Assembly (NCBI GenBank): GCA_011109175.1
Contig: RDEW01000019.1
Location: 681,482-745,481, forward strand
Length of the DNA stretch: 64,000 nt
Direction of reading: 5' to 3'
From: Dicyema japonicum
Taxonomy: Eukaryota > Animalia > Dicyemida
Position numbers and translations under genes: made by a program. A model generated the notes under the pieces. It saw only the letters and a list, made by a program, of their open reading frames with translations, was not told the DNA's origin and searched no databases. This document shows positions 61,700 through 64,000 of the stretch, in pieces (position 1 is the stretch's first letter; each line of letters begins with the position of its first letter).

Positions 61700-62140
61700 G
61701 TCTTAACATGACATTAAAGAATTCCCTTGCCTCTGCTGGACACCATTGCCTGTTAGAACCTGCTGGTCTTTCCCGAAACGATAAAAAACGCCTGATGGGA
61801 TGACGACTTTTCCATTCGCCAACTGACGAAACCTGATTTGGGACGCGACGTGTGTCGATACTTATTCCCCGTCTAATTTGGTTTGCTTCTGCTTCAGACC
61901 CAGGACATGCTTCAAAGCAGGCCGAGGAACGAAAGAAGAGGAAGTACCAGAGAATTTCGGAGGAGTATCTTTTTGTTCCATTCGCGGTGGAAACGTCAGG
62001 AATCTTTGGCCCCCAAGCAGATGAGTTGGTTCGTAAGATCGGCTCCATGATTCAAGCTGTGACCGAGACTGGTTGGTTCCGAGAACGTATCTCGTTGGCT
62101 ATTGTTAGGGGAAATAGCCTGGCCATTCAGATGCCTTAAT
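61700..62140 (+). mobile_element. CRE-clade retrotransposon 3' fragment (best-preserved RLE domain)
   Basis: LEPAGLSRNDKK.PDGMTTFP..LIWDATCVDT..AEERKKRKY..FVPFAVETSG..RERISLAIVRGNSLAI. Confidence 0.88.
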
Positions 62141-62339
62141 TTAATTTTTATTCATTTGATAATAAAATTTCTTTCACTAAAAAAAATTGAAATCTGAAAA
62201 AAAGTCTTAATGCGGCAAGTCTGTTTGTAATTACAAGAAGCAACCTACTAGACGAAAATAATTAATTGCAAAATAATTTTCCTATATAATTTACAATTTT
62301 GTCCCATTATTATCCTAAAATTTAGGGTTATTTTATGGA

Positions 62340-62700
62340 TAATATAGACCTTGCCCCGGATTGAGTTTGGACCCTGTGCTTGACACGTCTATGTAGCAGT
62401 GAACTTAGAAAGTCCGCAGATACTCATCATCTCACATGTCTAAATGCTGCGTCTGCTAAGAATTTGAGGTCCTGGTTGAATACCTTCCCAGTGCGTGCAG
62501 TTGGTACTCTGCTTGATGAGAATACAATCCGCGTTGGAGTTGCTCTTCGGGTAGACTTTGACGTCTGCTTGGAATGCTGACGATGTGGTGGGATGGTTTA
62601 CAGGAGAGAACTACATTTGTAGTCATGAAGACGGAGCGCCGGGAGATTCCCTTGTCACGCCATGCTAAACTAGACGTGCCTTCTGGAACCCGTCGATTTT
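62340..62700 (+). mobile_element. CRE-clade fragment (region upstream of the RLE)
   Basis: SWLNTFPVRAVGTLLDENTIRVGVALRV..C..CG..GRFPCHAMLN. Confidence 0.75.
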
Positions 62701-63599
62701 GACATAGGTTAAGACAAGAGGCCGAGTGGCGCAACGACCATGATTGGAGCTAAGGAAGGTGTCTTGCTTGGGGTTCAATTGTGTTTTTCTAATGCAAATT
62801 TGCTCAAGTCCTCGTTCAAGATTTGAAAAAGGAGGAACTGGGGGACAGGTTCCCTTTCCAGCCAATCTCTGTTGAGATGTATAGCGTGATGGCCTGAGCG
62901 CGTCTGAGTATATAATGTTAATCGGGCGGCATGCTGGAATGTAGAAGGGTGAACCTAGGATGCGATGGTTCCAGAACATAAGCTCAGGATCATGAGAGGT
63001 AACTCCCATTACTTTTTTAATGCCTGCAAGCCATAATGGAAACCTTTTCACAACAACTAACTTTAGTTAATTAATAATTCCGACTATGCTACTTTGTAGG
63101 AAGCCAGCTGTCTTTAGCCATCCAGTAGCCAGTGCTGAGAACACGATTTGTCTCTTAAAAGGAAGTGTCCAGAACATAATTTTGCTAACTTCCTCCAAGT
63201 CTCTCTGTCTAACATGGGACCTTCTCCTCAACTAACTTTTTTTATTTTAATAAATTATTAATAAAAAGAAATTTATGGAATTAATCAACCTGATGGTCAT
63301 AAGGTAGCCGCCCTACTGCATGGGTATTCCCACTTAGGGTGGTGAGCGAGATTCGCTCAAATAACTAGCAAAGCTCACGGATATCTCCAGTGCATGTAGA
63401 AACCCGATTCCCTTGATAACCCAGGAATTCGAGAATCGAAGTTGCAAGGGAACCTGATTATTATCCTTCAACTAAAAAATTAAATGGACACAAAAATAAT
63501 TCTAATTAATAATAGAAATTCAAATGTGACAATAAATCGATTAGTAGCATCGCACAGTTGAATTGTCAATAACTATAATTTATTATAAAAAATCAGAGA

Positions 63600-64000
63600 A
63601 TAACTAAGACCTCTCCGGGAAAAGAATTGTTTCTCTAACGTGATGGAAGTAATCTACGCCGATGATATTGATTTCGTCTGCCGGGATAGGGATACGCTGA
63701 AAACTATACTAAAAGTGATCCCTCATGGCTTGGAGGACTAATCCCTGGTAGTAAACCTAGAGAAAACGGAAAGAACTAGCATATCCCGTTGCACGACGAG
63801 AAACGAGGAAAAGTGGAAAACATGCAAGAAGGTGGATCTCTCCTCGGGCACTCAGAGGACGTTATTCACAGGAAGTTCTGGCGGTTGCTTCTTTCAAAAA
63901 ATTCTGGGCGATCTGATGCGACGAATGTACATAGGCACTCGTCTTCGAATTCGGTTGTACAACTCCTTTATCGAACCAATTCTACTTTATAACGCGGGGA
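63600..64000 (+). mobile_element. RTE-like LINE fragment running off the window
   Basis: EVIYADDIDFV..VNLEKTE..KKVGSLLG..RIRLYNSFIEPILLYNAG. Confidence 0.85.

Noticed and set aside
649-63992. Most 60-130 aa ORFs in the supplied track as independent genes
   Set aside because: They are antisense or off-frame readings of transposon remnants, repeat units or exons of the spliced genes described above.

Overview
AT-rich eukaryotic nuclear DNA using the standard genetic code, from a lineage with tiny spliceosomal introns (mostly 19-27 nt). The organism cannot be named from the sequence alone. Recognisable host genes are an Angel-family (CCR4/EEP) phosphatase, VPS54 (at least 18 introns, one apparently GT-GG) and BRK1/HSPC300. 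There are also several unidentified intron-containing genes, including a duplicated 52-aa cysteine-rich, probably secreted peptide. The most striking structure is a pair of paralogous minus-strand repeat-protein genes from a segmental duplication (about 30.2-32.1 kb and 42.1-49.9 kb). Both carry about 10 copies of a 111-bp (37-aa) repeat. The second also has 20 tandem 321-bp units, each with an in-frame TAA lying inside a 27-nt GT..AG segment, so each unit looks like a 98-codon exon plus its own micro-intron. The rest is decayed transposons: RTE-, CRE-, I/Jockey- and L1-like non-LTR fragments, hAT elements and MITEs with 8-bp TSDs, an IS630/Tc1-like element with TA TSD, and Merlin remnants, some nested three deep. 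Many single-base homopolymer indels suggest uncorrected long-read errors, so frameshifts inside genes should be treated with caution. All protein identifications are from motif recognition and remembered family sequences, not database searches.
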